Positions 26,411-39,799 of a DNA stretch of 64,000 nucleotides are shown here, piece by piece. The DNA is from Tubulanus polymorphus (Eukaryota > Animalia > Nemertea): contig NC_134026.1 in the NCBI RefSeq assembly GCF_964204645.1, forward strand, positions 6,905,950-6,969,949. Direction: 5' to 3'. The position numbers were made by a program, and so were the translations under genes. The notes below the pieces were generated by a model. That model ran no database searches, was not told the origin of the DNA, and was given only the letters and a program-made list of their open reading frames with translations. The first letter of the stretch is position 1, and each line of letters begins with the position of its first letter.

Positions 26411-29167
26411 TGCTCATTCTGGCTATATCTTCATTATGTAAATACTTGTTTAAGTTTAGAATAGAGACTCCTCAGAATTTCTGAATTCCCCGTATAACAG
26501 GGTGTGGACTACACTCAACGAGCCCTTCTCAACATAAATCCCAGATAAATACAAACCCCTCAAACGCTGAGCTAAAAAGTGGAGTCACCCTTAGAATTTC
26601 ACAGTCTTGTAAAGGCCCATCGAAACGCACACGCTAAATAGAGACCCGTCACAAGCACCTTGTCAGTTTCGAGAAATCTTATTGCAAAGAACGCTGTTTG
26701 ATATGATATTAAGGCAACTATTTTTTGGACAAGTTTTTTCTCATAATGACGAACATGAACCAAATTGGGTGATTGTTATCACATATCGATTAGTGAATCT
26801 TGTCTTTATAAGTTGCTGATTTAAGGCTAGTGGGAAGGGCAATGATTTAAACACGTTTTTAAAAGTATGGTTTTCACGTAGTGTGGATGATGGGGAGAGA
26901 TTGAGTAGGGAACAGATGATAGAGGAAGGTAACATTGTTATAAACAACTTTCAAACTTTACATCGAATAAACCATGTGCAGCAGATCCCTCACAAAAATA
27001 TTCAGCTGTTTCGAGATTTTTATACGAGAACGAAAGCATTTTCCAACCCATTTACCATCATGACAAATAATCTCCTTCCAACCGACTGACAACCGAGCGT
27101 TTAAATACGAACGATGATCACGTGTTTTAACCGTTAATTAACGGGTTCAATTGTTGAGTGTTGTGTGGTAACCAGATGAGATGATGAACAATTTGTCGAA
27201 TGTATATAAACAGATAGGGATGAGATGGGAGGCTAGTGGTCGCTATGGTGTTAGAGTCGAGTAACAATCTTCAAAGATACCGGTAAACCTTCCCTAGAAA
27301 CCGAAAGTGTAAACAGCATTTGGGTGTTGCGGATCTTTCTCAAGAGATTCTACTTTCGTAAAAATTTGGTGCAGTGGTCTAATGATTATAATTAGAGGTT
27401 AATTACTGAAGTTATTGAGGATGAAGGTCGCTATTGGTAACCAATCATAATCTTACTGAATCGTTGAAGTAATCGATCGAGAATGAGAAGGTCGTCATCA
27501 GTAACTAATAATTTTACTGAATCGTTGAAGTTATCGAGAATGATAAGGTCGCCATTAGCAAATATCGAACCGAAGGAAAACTTCATAAGTAGTCTGTTAT
27601 GCCTGTCATTAGAGTTAAGTAATTTTGGGAATCGTAGTGCAGGTTTTTCAATGCACATTTCATCATAATTGTCCTCGGTTCTAAAGTCGTGATCTATTTC
27701 CATTGTTACAAATCTATGATATCGCATTAAGCAGTATTTTGACCTGAACAATGAAACAAACGCTATTATATTACGTTTTCTTTAACAAGACCTCGCCAAT
27801 AAAATACACAAGGATTTTATAGCCCCCCGAACAGGGCTATCAATTTAATGACATTCGTGGATTTGCTAATCATCGTATCGGCACGTACTGGACATGACCA
27901 GATAATAGTGCTAACCGCTTAATAGGTGACTGTTATACAAACTCGACAATGAACATTTTCACATGAAAAGACATTTTAGTTCGCAAGTCAACGAACACTG
28001 AAGGCGTTTGATCGTAATTTTGACATGTTAAATGTGTAAATGATAGCCGTATTGTGAGGTATGATAACAGGCTACCTGACTGTGCATCTATTAAAACCCT
28101 TTATCTAAAAAATATCATCGGCGATCGCGATACGGTTTGACTGGCTGGGACTCGAGCCCAACTCGGCTAACCCGTGACTCGAGTTCGAACGGATGTCGTC
28201 AGTATTTTGAACAATGTTGAATGATCTACGAGTTCTTTATCGAGAAATCTGACCACGATCGAGGACCGGTCTGTGATGATTGACTCTGGTTCTGTAATGC
28301 AAGTGTAAAGCACTTCCCCCAAAACAGTCTGACCCTCTTCTATACATCAAAAATATCCCAGCCTGTTAAAGTGAGTGGTCTTCGCCAATCCAATTTTGGA
28401 GGAAATGCATCGTAATCCAAGTCTTATTCCATCAACACAGAGAAGCATGGGAACTGACTCTATCTAAGTCAACCCCCCTAATCGTAATTCCATAGACCAA
28501 TCTAGAATACTCCAGATCCCTATTCCATAGAACTCATTGAGATATTCCAGCCTTATATAAGCACTGAAAGATTTCCATAATGATCAGAGGCAGTTGGGAC
28601 TTTACCAATCCTGCACTTATGGAGAAAAACCATCTTAATCAGTACCTGGCATTGGTATTTTTCACTATGCCCAGTTTCTGCCATTATCTGGATGATATGA
28701 TGATTGCAATTAAATTTCACTCATATTTCACGTAATAGAGAATCGAATTGTGTTATTTTATCTAGTATTAGAGAACCCTCGCACCGGAGGAGGAGTAAAG
28801 GTATAATTATTTATACACCTAACTCCCATTACTACTAGTGGCGTAAACATTACATAATTATATCCAATAGCACACCTTCCCGTTCATAAATTAGTCATAT
28901 ACCGGCTCTAGTTAATGAGTAGGGGATGCGATGTGATGTGAGGGGGTATAGGGTTACATTCTACACGCGATAAACTTTGATTTTGACACCTTTTGTATAT
29001 AATACAACACTAAAAGTGCTGCCACTTCAGGCCTCTTCATATCATAAACATTAGGAGTGCCAGAGCAATGGCTTCTTGGTATCGATCAACTATAATTGTC
29101 AAAGCACCATCAAGTAGCACTCCGGTTTAACTTGTTAAGTGTCATTAGGTGTCTTTAGGTGTCTTAA

Positions 29168-29770
<603 letters not shown>

Positions 29771-29974
29771 TACAAACAGAAATGCTTCTTCTATGTGCTA
29801 GTGCTAATGTAATATGTAAATTCTGTACAGATTGCGCCCCCTCTCGGAAACATAACGAACTATTCAACAAAGGACAAGTGAATATCTTTTGATCTGCGAA
29901 AAAATGGTGCGATATTCTTTTTTTGAAAGAAGGAAAATATGTAAAATATTATTTAAATGTTCATTATATATAAA

Positions 29975-29980
29975 AATAAA
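29975..29980 (+). terminator. Candidate polyadenylation signal of NK1a
   Basis: AATAAA ~205 bp after the stop, followed by T/GT-rich sequence. Confidence 0.55.
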
Positions 29981-31683
29981 AATGTTATTTGTATTGAATA
30001 TCGTTATCCGTATGCAGTTTTAAACTTTAAGGACCGAATTCTCACAATTTCACCAAAAGATGTCAATGCTTTGTGTTTGTTGAGATTTTTGACACCAATG
30101 GCACTGGAGCACGACTGACTCAGGTCCTGGCAGTTAAGTTTAAGTAAACTTAAGTTAAGTTAAATTTATAGACCAACCTCACCGACTGGCGGGTTGCCTG
30201 ACTGAAAAAAAGAAGAATCAATTGCATGCTGAAATGACGTCTATGACTATATAGAAATCCCGCGAATTTCTTTATCAAAGCAATTTCAGTTCTATCGATT
30301 ATAATAAACAAAACTTTAAAACCACTAAAAATCTAAAACTGTAATGGCCTTTGTCTTATGTATTTGCCAAATCATTCCAAAGCAAATCGGCGAGACCTGT
30401 CGCAGGAAATTCCTTTTGAAAATTACCCTTCTTTATCGCGATTAAATTATTGTCCGATTCAAAAGTTACTTCCGCTGAATGTTGTTTCATCACATACATC
30501 ACAGGAGGGTTCGAATCCCGATATCGTTGCGTCAGACATGTTCGGATTTCGAGAGATAATTAGAAAATAAAGACCTCATTTTCTCGCGCTAGCACATCAC
30601 TATCAGACCGAGAAACAAATCAATTACTTCGTACGATTGTAAAATTGCCATCTCACGCAAAGCTCTCAATATGTGCTTTTATTAATTGAACGTCTACGAA
30701 TATGGTATTTTTATCCGACAAAATCCCAATCATCGTCTTTTCAATTTACGCCGCAGATATAGAAGGACTCACAGTATACGATCAGTACCATACAATAGTA
30801 ATTATAGCGAGGACTTGTGTTCAACATCCAACACGTAATTGCCTCTAAAATATCCGCAGTGTTTAGATGTAATGAATTAACAGATTCTCTCGGCTTGGTA
30901 ATTGTATTCATTACAACTGGATCCGTCTCGCATTAAGGAATCTTCGCCAGCTGATCGATCTGACTAAGCTGGTGACAGCCCGTAAAAAGAGATAGTTCTG
31001 AAAACAAGTCTTAGCTCGTGTTTGTGCCGGCGGGAAAAGGGAATTAGTCGGAGATGTATTTTATAAGCTCGTCGCCGATTTCAATTATAAGAATTAAACG
31101 TCTATTGACTCGTGTCAATTGGACGCCAGGTGTTACGACACTCAGGCAGATCGAAGACTACTTTACGGCAATGTATCCACTCTATTGCATATTTAATGAT
31201 TGTCCAATCAGCGCTCAGCATACATTCACCGCGTTACAACCAGTTAATTATGAAGTAACAATAGCAATTCTAGGTAAACACAGCAGTGAATGGGAATTTA
31301 TAGATCTCAATTTACCGGATATCGCGCTTTCGTCAGTCCCGACCAACACTGATTTAACTAGACCAGTAATTGCTATAATTGGTTCAATAAAAGAACGTAT
31401 TGTTTTCCGATCCCAATTTGATAAAATCAACAGAATATCAGCGTCTCGAATGACAGCCAATCGGAGGACATCAAACAATCCCTGATTAGATTTGTATTCG
31501 CAGTTTGTTAGGTTTTAATACTGAGGGTCGATTCTAACATCGTAACTCGAGATCCAAACCAATTTTTCACAGATACCATCGGGGCGGCGTATGCGCCACA
31601 ATTCATATCGAAAGGAACTAAAAGCACCGAAGTAAAAACAGGGTCAAACATTCTTTGACTCAATTTGACTCAATCAGGGCCTA

Positions 31684-31880
31684 GTTAGACCCCAATCCCA
31701 GTTCCACAGTTGTGTGGGTTTAATTTGACTTTGAACCCAGTTCCACATTTGCGTGGGTTCAATTTGACACTGAAACCAGTTCCACAGTTGTGGAGGCTTG
31801 ATTTAATTATCAACCCAGTTCCACATTTGTGTGGGTTTAAACAATCAGACTCTGGACCTAGTCCCACAGTTGTTCGGGTT
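31684..31880. repeat. 39-bp minisatellite, ~5 copies
   Basis: cccagttccaca(g/t)ttgtgtgggtttaatttgact unit; same family as 60445-60632. Confidence 0.85.
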
Positions 31881-32607
31881 TCTTGGGGTTGAATTGCGCC
31901 AAAATCTCAAGAAGTACTGGTTTGCCTGAAACTTTGACATGCGTGCGGTGTAGGTATACAGTACATTGTGCTGCATTTACAATTACTTTATTACACGGAC
32001 ACATGACATTTTACCAGAGACACAAACAAGTTTAAAGATTTCTCTTCATTCTTTCCAGTTTTTTTTAAACCTCCTATAACTCAATCCGTGACAGTCATGA
32101 GAATAGTAAGTTTCAGATATCTATAGTCGACCACAAACCTGGTAGAAGTTCTTAAAAACATTTTATATCAGTATAATTACACTGGGAACATGAGGACAAT
32201 AGTGTTCTTGTAGTTGTTATTTCCACGTCAGTGCTCGTTGAAGAGCTCCATTTTAGAGACATTAATTCTTAATGGCTTTGATTAAATTCACTGATTATGT
32301 ATTTAATATTGTCCACGAAAGAATATAAAAAACTGTGTGGTCTTTTCTTCTATCGTTTTACACGGAAAATCCAGGGTCGGTTATCTATACTTCCGCTCCT
32401 CCTGCACTATGCGCACAACGCATGTCTAATGTTTGATATCTTATATCTTAAGTCGTAGATCTTGATGATCATCGGGTTCAAAATGAAGTAGAAATAGTTC
32501 AGTGTAGAAGATAGTTAAATATGTACAGATGTCTCTACATGACAAGTTCAAAATCTATAGGAGAAAAAAAAACCGTTTTGAATTACTTAGAAAATATAAG
32601 ATTTATT

Positions 32608-32900
32608 ATAAAAACATCGAAAAGTATTGCATTCATTCCAAAAACAATACTATGTATTTATATTGAATTCGTTCCAATTGTTATAGTTCAAATTGTTATA
32701 AAAACAATACAAAGTATTGGATTCTTTACAAAAACAAAACTTATAGAATTCTTTACGAAAACACAATACAAAGTATTGTATTCCTTACAAAAGCAATACA
32801 ATGTATTGAATTCTATACAGAAATAATAAAAAGTGTTGGATTCTTAATACAAAAAAAATCGTATGGGGAAACTAAAAAAAGTATTGGATTTAACACAGAA
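32608..32900. repeat. AT-rich ~29-bp minisatellite
   Basis: aaaacaatacaaagtattg(g/a)attc..tac units; explains the 101-aa ORF at 32521. Confidence 0.75.
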
Positions 32901-34553
32901 AGCATATCATAAAATCTTTTTTCATTTTTGCTTTCAATCGATGAAAACAGTTTGAATAATGAAACGACTGATTTGAACCGTCGATGCTGCTGTTGCTGCT
33001 GCTGCCGCTGATATTGCTGCTGATGTTGCTTGCCCCGCCGTTAATTGACAATGACTGATTCTAAACTTATCCCTAACGAGTTTTATCCATCGTTGTAAAC
33101 GTACTTATCATCAGACAAAGTGTCTCTTTCCGGCGCTTTCTTATCCCTTACCCTTATCCCCGTAATCCTCGACGTCCAACATAAATAATATAATAGATTT
33201 ACTTGTTAAGTCGTTACGTCCATCATCAATTTTATATCCTCATTATGTCAGCTTTGAACGGGTGGGTTAAGTTAGTTTAATGTCGGTTATCAGTTAATTT
33301 GCGGCGGCGATGAAGAGACATTGCATTGATTTAATCGATACACTGTAGCAGCAGCAGCAGCAGCAGCAGCCATCCCCGCGCAATGTCACTGCGGTATACA
33401 CTCCATTAATTGACAAACTTCTACTGGGCTTAAAACGGGACAACCGATAAAAAACATGTCATTAGTTCATTCTCTCATGCTGCTACTGGTACTATTACTG
33501 CTACTGGTACTGCTGCTGCTGCCGCCGCCGCCACCGATGAACTGCTTACCCTCGTCCACTGTGGGCCCCAGTCCAATGTGAACGCCATCCCTAGTGTGCC
33601 TTTCAGGTCGTATGTGTCCCAGACCTATCTTTGCCCAAGATTGGAAATCTCTGTACCCAGTCCCCTCTTAGTCTCAGTCCCCACTGTTAGCCCTAACCAT
33701 ATCTGCATTGCAGTCGCCTCTGTGCCTCAGTCCACTGTAGCCCAAGTCCAATTTACATTTCAGTCTCTCTGCCACCTACAGTCACCTACGAGCGTGTCCT
33801 AGTCATCTCTCTGTTTCACAGGAAATATCTTTTTTTCAGGCAGAAATCATTTCGATAGGAGTCAGACAGTAAAAAGTTGGGACTTGTATCTCTATAATAG
33901 TTAATCTGGTCACTTCATCGAAAGCAATTATTATCGTCTTTGTTGATGAGTAAATCCAGGAGTAGCGGATATTCTACTGATTGATGCTCTGAGCCGGGAG
34001 TAAGGTCTCCTGTGACCGGGTATAAGAACAGCTTGCTCCACACGTATATTGCGCGCGGTAGATAAAGTGAAACCGAATTATCCGCACACGTTCGCGCTGT
34101 TTCGTTCTCACAGTTCGGCAGTTTTCGGCCGGTATCGTGTTAATCCGGCATAATCCGTGATGATCCGGAACGAGCCGAACTAAAGCGGATTGATTTCTAT
34201 TGGGCGCGTGTTGTGGCTGTGTGAGCCATCTGTCCCAGACATACGTCCCTCATTGTGGGACTATTGTTCTCACTATAATGCCAACACGTTACAACAATGC
34301 ACCAACAATGCGTTCATTGTTTTTTTCATTGCTTTGTCAATTACCGGTTTCTGTGAAGTGACAATTTTCGCAGGATTGAAATCACTGCACACAAAAAAAA
34401 ACTGAATAAATCTTAACGCCCAATACGTATGTGACTGGATGAATGTAGCAGCTCCGACTCAATTTCTCAGTTAGCAAGATAAAAACCCACTATCTACAGA
34501 TTAAAAGAATCTAAAAACAAGAATTCATTTATTCAATCTAGAATATATAGAAT

Positions 34554-34595
34554 ACACGACGTTTCGATCTCACCCTAGAGATCATCGTCAGCCCT
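34554..34595 (-). ncRNA. Minimal hammerhead ribozyme motif (Penelope/retrozyme type)
   Basis: Minus strand: CTGACGA-t-gatctc-tagggt-gagatc-GAAAC-GTC-gtgt. Helix II is a perfect 6 bp; the 5' strand of helix I appears replaced. Confidence 0.7.
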
Positions 34596-35414
34596 TGAAA
34601 AATTATCAAGATAATTGGTGTACTGTATTGGTGTACTCTCGTAAGTGGCTGAGTTCCCGGTCTTTCCCTTCCAAACAAAAATTGAGTCATCGATGGCTCT
34701 ATAGTTCGGACATCGGTTTATCTGTAAACCTGGAAAAATTACTCCAAGGTAAATAGTTGCAAATACAAAAGAATTGGTGTCTGAATCAGCTCTTAGATCC
34801 GCTCCTGACTGCTGGTGGCCATCACCCCTCTCCCTTTTTCCTCTTTCCTCCAGCTCGGTTTAAACTATTTTCAAATGTGTTGGGGCTTGAATCTTCTCAG
34901 ATTTTATCACGTTTATGTTCCTATAAGGGGTATACCCGACGTACTGTGTGTGAGAGTTTCTTTTTGAGGAATTGGAACGAGCCATAGTCATTGGAGAGCC
35001 AGGAACGGACTCGTACCTGTAACAGGTGATCTGACAAAACCACTGCCTATCCTGTCGTGGTAGGGGGTAGGGGTTAGGGTCTGACCCCTCTCTGTAATAG
35101 TAAACAGAATCCCGTGAAAAATCTAGACGTTTTCCCTGCAGAGAACACTATATAACCTGTTTCCAACCTGTTCAGATGTTTTAACATATTTCATCATTTA
35201 CAATGTATTCTTGCACAACGAATGTTGATATTTCATTTAGTTACATTAACATTTCAAACAATGATCACCATTCACAAAATTTGAGTGAATTGAGTCAGGA
35301 TTCTGAAAATTGATTTTTCATTTGATGCAAGCAATACATTGTGAGTTTCAATGAATAAGACATCACTTCATTTTGCGTCAGTCTACTGAAACGGTCAGTT
35401 AATTATCGTGAATC

Positions 35415-36365
35415 ATGAATTCTACACAGACGCAAATCGGTCGAACTTACTGCAGTTACATCATCCTCATGTCTGTAGTGAACAGGTCTGGAATCTACCG
35501 TACTGTGTCACTGGTCTTTCTGCCTGTCGTGTTCCTGTTAGGAACCTTTGGAAATTCAGCTACTTTCCTGATTATGATAAGTCGTAGATTCAGCAGTTTA
35601 TCTTACGCTAACTATCTTATCGTTTTGTCTCTCAGTGATTTCATATTCTGCATCAATTTTACACTGATGCCTGTTTTACAGTTTGTTCTTTTGCATCTAA
35701 ACACTGGTCCGATATTCATCATGAGTTCAGTGATCAGTTGTAAAATCTATGAGTTTTTGATGGCACTTGCTGTGAGCAATAGTTCGTGGTTAATCGTAGC
35801 AATATCTCTAGAACGTGCGGCAGTTGTGCTCTTCCCGTTCACATCTCGTTTGATATGTACACCGAGATTCGCTAGATTTACAATATTCATAATTACCGCA
35901 GTGAATGTACTGGTTCTATATCTCACACCTGCTTTATCGATTCATTTTTCTGACCAGTTTTTCGGATGTTTCTTTGAATTATTTGACCAAATAACATTCT
36001 TCACCATATTTGTCATACACGTTTATGTGCTGCCTTTATCGTTGATTCTAACATCAAATTCTGTTATAATAGTTCAGTTATTCAGAGGTTCAAAAATGGT
36101 TTCATCTGATCAGAAAACTACAAAATCAAAACGTACAACAATAATGCTTGTAACTGTTTCACTCGCGTTTGCAATGTTCACACTTCCATCAACTATTTCT
36201 TCGTTGTTACCTATCTCCCCGCCACAGAGAGATTTTCTATATGACATATTCACACAATTTCATGTTTGCAACTACGTGGTCAATTTTTACGTTTATCTTT
36301 TACTGGGACGAGAAATTCGTGAATATTTCTGTATGAAAATCTGCTGTAGAAATTCAAACAAATAA
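35415..36365 (+). CDS. Intronless rhodopsin-family (class A) GPCR, peptide-receptor-like/putative chemoreceptor
   Basis: 316 aa with 7 hydrophobic segments; GN (TM1), LSLSD (TM2), Cys above TM3, SLERA (DRY position), FAMFTLP (TM6), NFYVY (NPxxY position). Confidence 0.9.
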   Translation: MNSTQTQIGRTYCSYIILMSVVNRSGIYRTVSLVFLPVVFLLGTFGNSATFLIMISRRFSSLSYANYLIVLSLSDFIFCINFTLMPVLQFVLLHLNTGPIFIMSSVISCKIYEFLMALAVSNSSWLIVAISLERAAVVLFPFTSRLICTPRFARFTIFIITAVNVLVLYLTPALSIHFSDQFFGCFFELFDQITFFTIFVIHVYVLPLSLILTSNSVIIVQLFRGSKMVSSDQKTTKSKRTTIMLVTVSLAFAMFTLPSTISSLLPISPPQRDFLYDIFTQFHVCNYVVNFYVYLLLGREIREYFCMKICCRNSNK

Positions 36366-38897
36366 CCAGTGATTTCAAGTCTGACTCACTTAATACAACT
36401 TAAACTGGAATTTACTGTGGACTGGTGACTTCATTCGATTTTACCTGACATTATAGAAACAGAAGGAACATCTATGATTAATCAGCTTGATGAATATAGA
36501 ATAATGAATAATTTGTTGAGCCGACTTTTTGTTGGATGGACTACCAGGAGCTTATCAAAGTCCGATTTAGATCTTGTTCATAATCCTCAAAACTGGTGGC
36601 CATGCACTTCGGTGCAATCATTTGATCGTTCTACATATGGGTCTCCTCCCATAGAATACTTAACAAACGCATGAAGATATATTAACATTTAACCAATTGA
36701 TAAAATCAGAACTTATCATAAATCTGAGTAAAAGGAAAAATGCTAGAAATTATTTATTTGTCGAACGGTAAGATGTGCTCCAGCCATACTGTATCGCGAA
36801 TTTTCAGTCAATCGGTCTTCCCATGACTCGGGTGTTAATTTTGCCGGGCCCAGGTCGAGTCCGAGGTTAGGCTGCGACGTTTGATGAAGGAATTATTATA
36901 GAATTCATCTTAAGACACGCATAATTTATTTCTCAATTGAATAGATCCGCGCAAATGTTGAGGATATCAGACTCTCAATCGCTGCCCGGGTATCGCACCG
37001 AGTCATAGAGAGGTCTATAAAATCGGATTAGCGCCCGCCCCCGGGTGTCAAAACAGTCTCGGAGTTCAAACACAATCACACAATCGCTCGATCACATCGA
37101 TTGTGACAAATCTGGAAAAATGAAAGTTTCATGACATCGTCCTGTCTAATATCAGAACAGCTTATCTTCTAAATAACAGCTTCGGGATTTTATAAACAAT
37201 ATTCGAAAGAACTTCAGCAAACAGATTGATTATATTTACAAAGGCAAAATGAATAGATGATTAAACCTTAAGAATTCGGCAGTATCTCGACGCGGCAGAC
37301 AACTAATATGTTTACCGATGGGATTGTGAAACAGTGTAGGATTGCCCGGTCCTTTAATAATGACGGTATATTAGTCGAGATAAAGCACTGTTTATAGCCA
37401 GTCGAGTCGGACCGATTATGTTGTAAACGCAGCTAACGAGGAGGTTATCACGCTGAATATCGCCACCCGTAGAATAATGAGCTGAAAGATTGTCCCGTTA
37501 TGACATTCTTAGAGGTTTTTATGACAATGTGATTAGGGCAATCGGTGAAATTGACACAGGAAGTGGACGGATTTTACGCAGACTGTAAACCTATAATTCA
37601 TTACATATTACACTTCTTTAGGAAGTAACGTAAATCCGTAATAAAGAAACGACTTTTCCGATTTCCTGCGCTGATTATTGGGTGTAATAAAATTCGTTAT
37701 TGTATGTGAAATAACAATTCTTCGAGCGGCTTTGTCACAATTTTGTTGCATTGGTTTATATTGCCGTTCATAAAAAAGACTGACTGCCGAAAACACGCGA
37801 AATAGGATTATTTTCATCTAATTGAATATAAAACTTTCAAGTTTTCCGGTAGTTGAGATCTGTTTATGCTTTGCCAACTGTCAATATATTTCGAAACGTC
37901 TGTTAAACGGATCTAAAACATAAGATGAACCAGAAATCCAAGAATCTGTTTTTATTTAGAAAACACATCTATTCTCCAAACATTATATGGTACTAGGATC
38001 GTAACAATGTATATGACCGGACCGAGTTCGTTCTACCTTGGATGATTACTCCAAGGTTCTACAGTTCGGCTTCTTCAGTTTCCAGTTCCACAGTTCATAT
38101 GGTCCCAATTCAACTGGCTCTTACAAAATCTATTCGATTTACATAAACCGATGCTCGAAATTCTAAGTTAGTTATAACAGATATAAATGGTTATAACCGA
38201 GTGTAGTGGGTTTAATCCTATTTTTGCTATTAACTAAAAAGATAAAATGTTAAGAGAGAGTCCAAACATTTGACTTAATTACTTTATTGACAAATTTCGA
38301 CATCTGATTTTATATGGGCTAAATCTTACTATTACCTACATTTCTTGTTCAGTCTGTTCACTCCTAGCCGAGATATAATATCTTTCTGGCTTTATCTCTG
38401 AACTAATATAGAGTTGAGTCTCTATGTATCAAGATAAAGAAACGATTTAGTCATTAGAACTGATTGGTTTGTGGGTAATTTAAAATAGCCTACAGAATAT
38501 GTTACTAATCTAAATGTGAGATAAACTAAAAGTTCTTCACACCTGATAGAATGTAATATAGCAATTCACCTGTTCCGCATCAGGCAGTAAATTACTTTGT
38601 AAAACTGATAAAACCTACAAAGTTAAACTGTCAAATTGGTGCGTGTTGAGATAACGAGTGAGTGTTAGAGCGCGCACGATCTGTAATGAGTTCCATAGTT
38701 AAACTAGTAGAATCTGTCTTCGCCTTCTTAATGAACGCTTCTACGAAGATAAAGACTTCAGCAGAACGGGCTGTAGATTATTCAACTAAAGAGCAAGCAC
38801 ACTTACAAGTGTATATATAGGTCCAGCACTAATGGCTTTGTGTCTTAAATTTAGAATGTCTAGGCCTAGGGTCGAGATCCTGGTTTATTTTTTTGGA

Positions 38898-39006
38898 TTC
38901 GAACCTACGTCATGTTCAACAGGAAGTAACCTAGTGGTGGGTTTGAGTTATCGATTCGAATCCACGTCACGTTCAACAGGAAGTAACCTAGTGGTGGGTT
39001 TGAGTT
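38898..39006. repeat. Tandem duplication, 57-bp period, with a B-box-like motif
   Basis: ttcgaa.c.acgtca.gttcaacaggaagtaacctagtggtgggtttgagtt occurs twice, with a related copy near 39090-39150. Confidence 0.8.
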
Positions 39007-39785
39007 CTTGTATATAGAATAATTTACGATGAAAAATGTAAAGCATGAAAAACTAATTTCTATGGAAACTATCCTGAAAAGTTATTGGGATTCGAACCCA
39101 CGTTTCGTCATGCAGGAAGTAGTAAACATAGTAGTAGGTTCGAGTCCCAGTAGAATATGCAAATTATTACTGTATTCAGATATCTTACACCACAAATAGA
39201 TACTGTTAGAATGACTCAATCAGAGACTCTGATACTGAGGAGACTAAGGAGTCCTCTGACTCAATACTGGCAGAGATGACTGAGGGAGTCATCGAAGCAG
39301 AAGGGACCGGCATTTTCCCTGAACCGATGATGACGAAGATCATTTCGTATTAAATGATGCGTTTACATTTTAAACGCTAGAAAAACAGCACCCGTGTGTT
39401 TACTGGTGCAAAACTACAAAACTGGTTCACTACTGGTACAGGACGGTGCAATTAAACTACTGAATACTGGTGCGCGAACTGGTGCAGCAGTACCGTATGA
39501 TTGTGAGATAGCTACTTGTTTTAGGTTGACGAGCATTTTTCATATCAAAAAGTGACTAATAATCGCTTAAGTTTCATCTTCATAGAGACCTCTTCTAAAT
39601 ATGTCGTACTCAGTATTCATTTTTTCCCCGATTGTATTGTTCGGAGAGAGTGTTTTAGAGGCAAAATCTCGAAACGTTAGAAAATAAATCGAGGATTTCT
39701 ATTTCATCCACAAATAGCGGAAAAACATCAGTCTACAATCTATACTGCCATCTCTGTCACATTTCAAGGCCTGAAACACGTCTGT

Positions 39786-39799
39786 CCGCTAGGTGGCGC
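39786..39799 (+). promoter_or_regulatory. CTCF-like motif between the NK1 paralogs
   Basis: CCGCTAGGTGGCGC closely matches the CTCF core consensus; an opposite-strand match is at 41074-41087. Confidence 0.45.

Noticed and set aside
31054-31485. 143-aa ORF downstream of NK1a
   Set aside because: No recognisable domain; TAAT/CAAT-rich sequence looks regulatory rather than coding.
31684-31892. 13-aa repeat ORFs or a CRISPR-like 39-bp array (also 60448-60717)
   Set aside because: Whole units are similar to each other with no repeat-spacer structure; this is a minisatellite.
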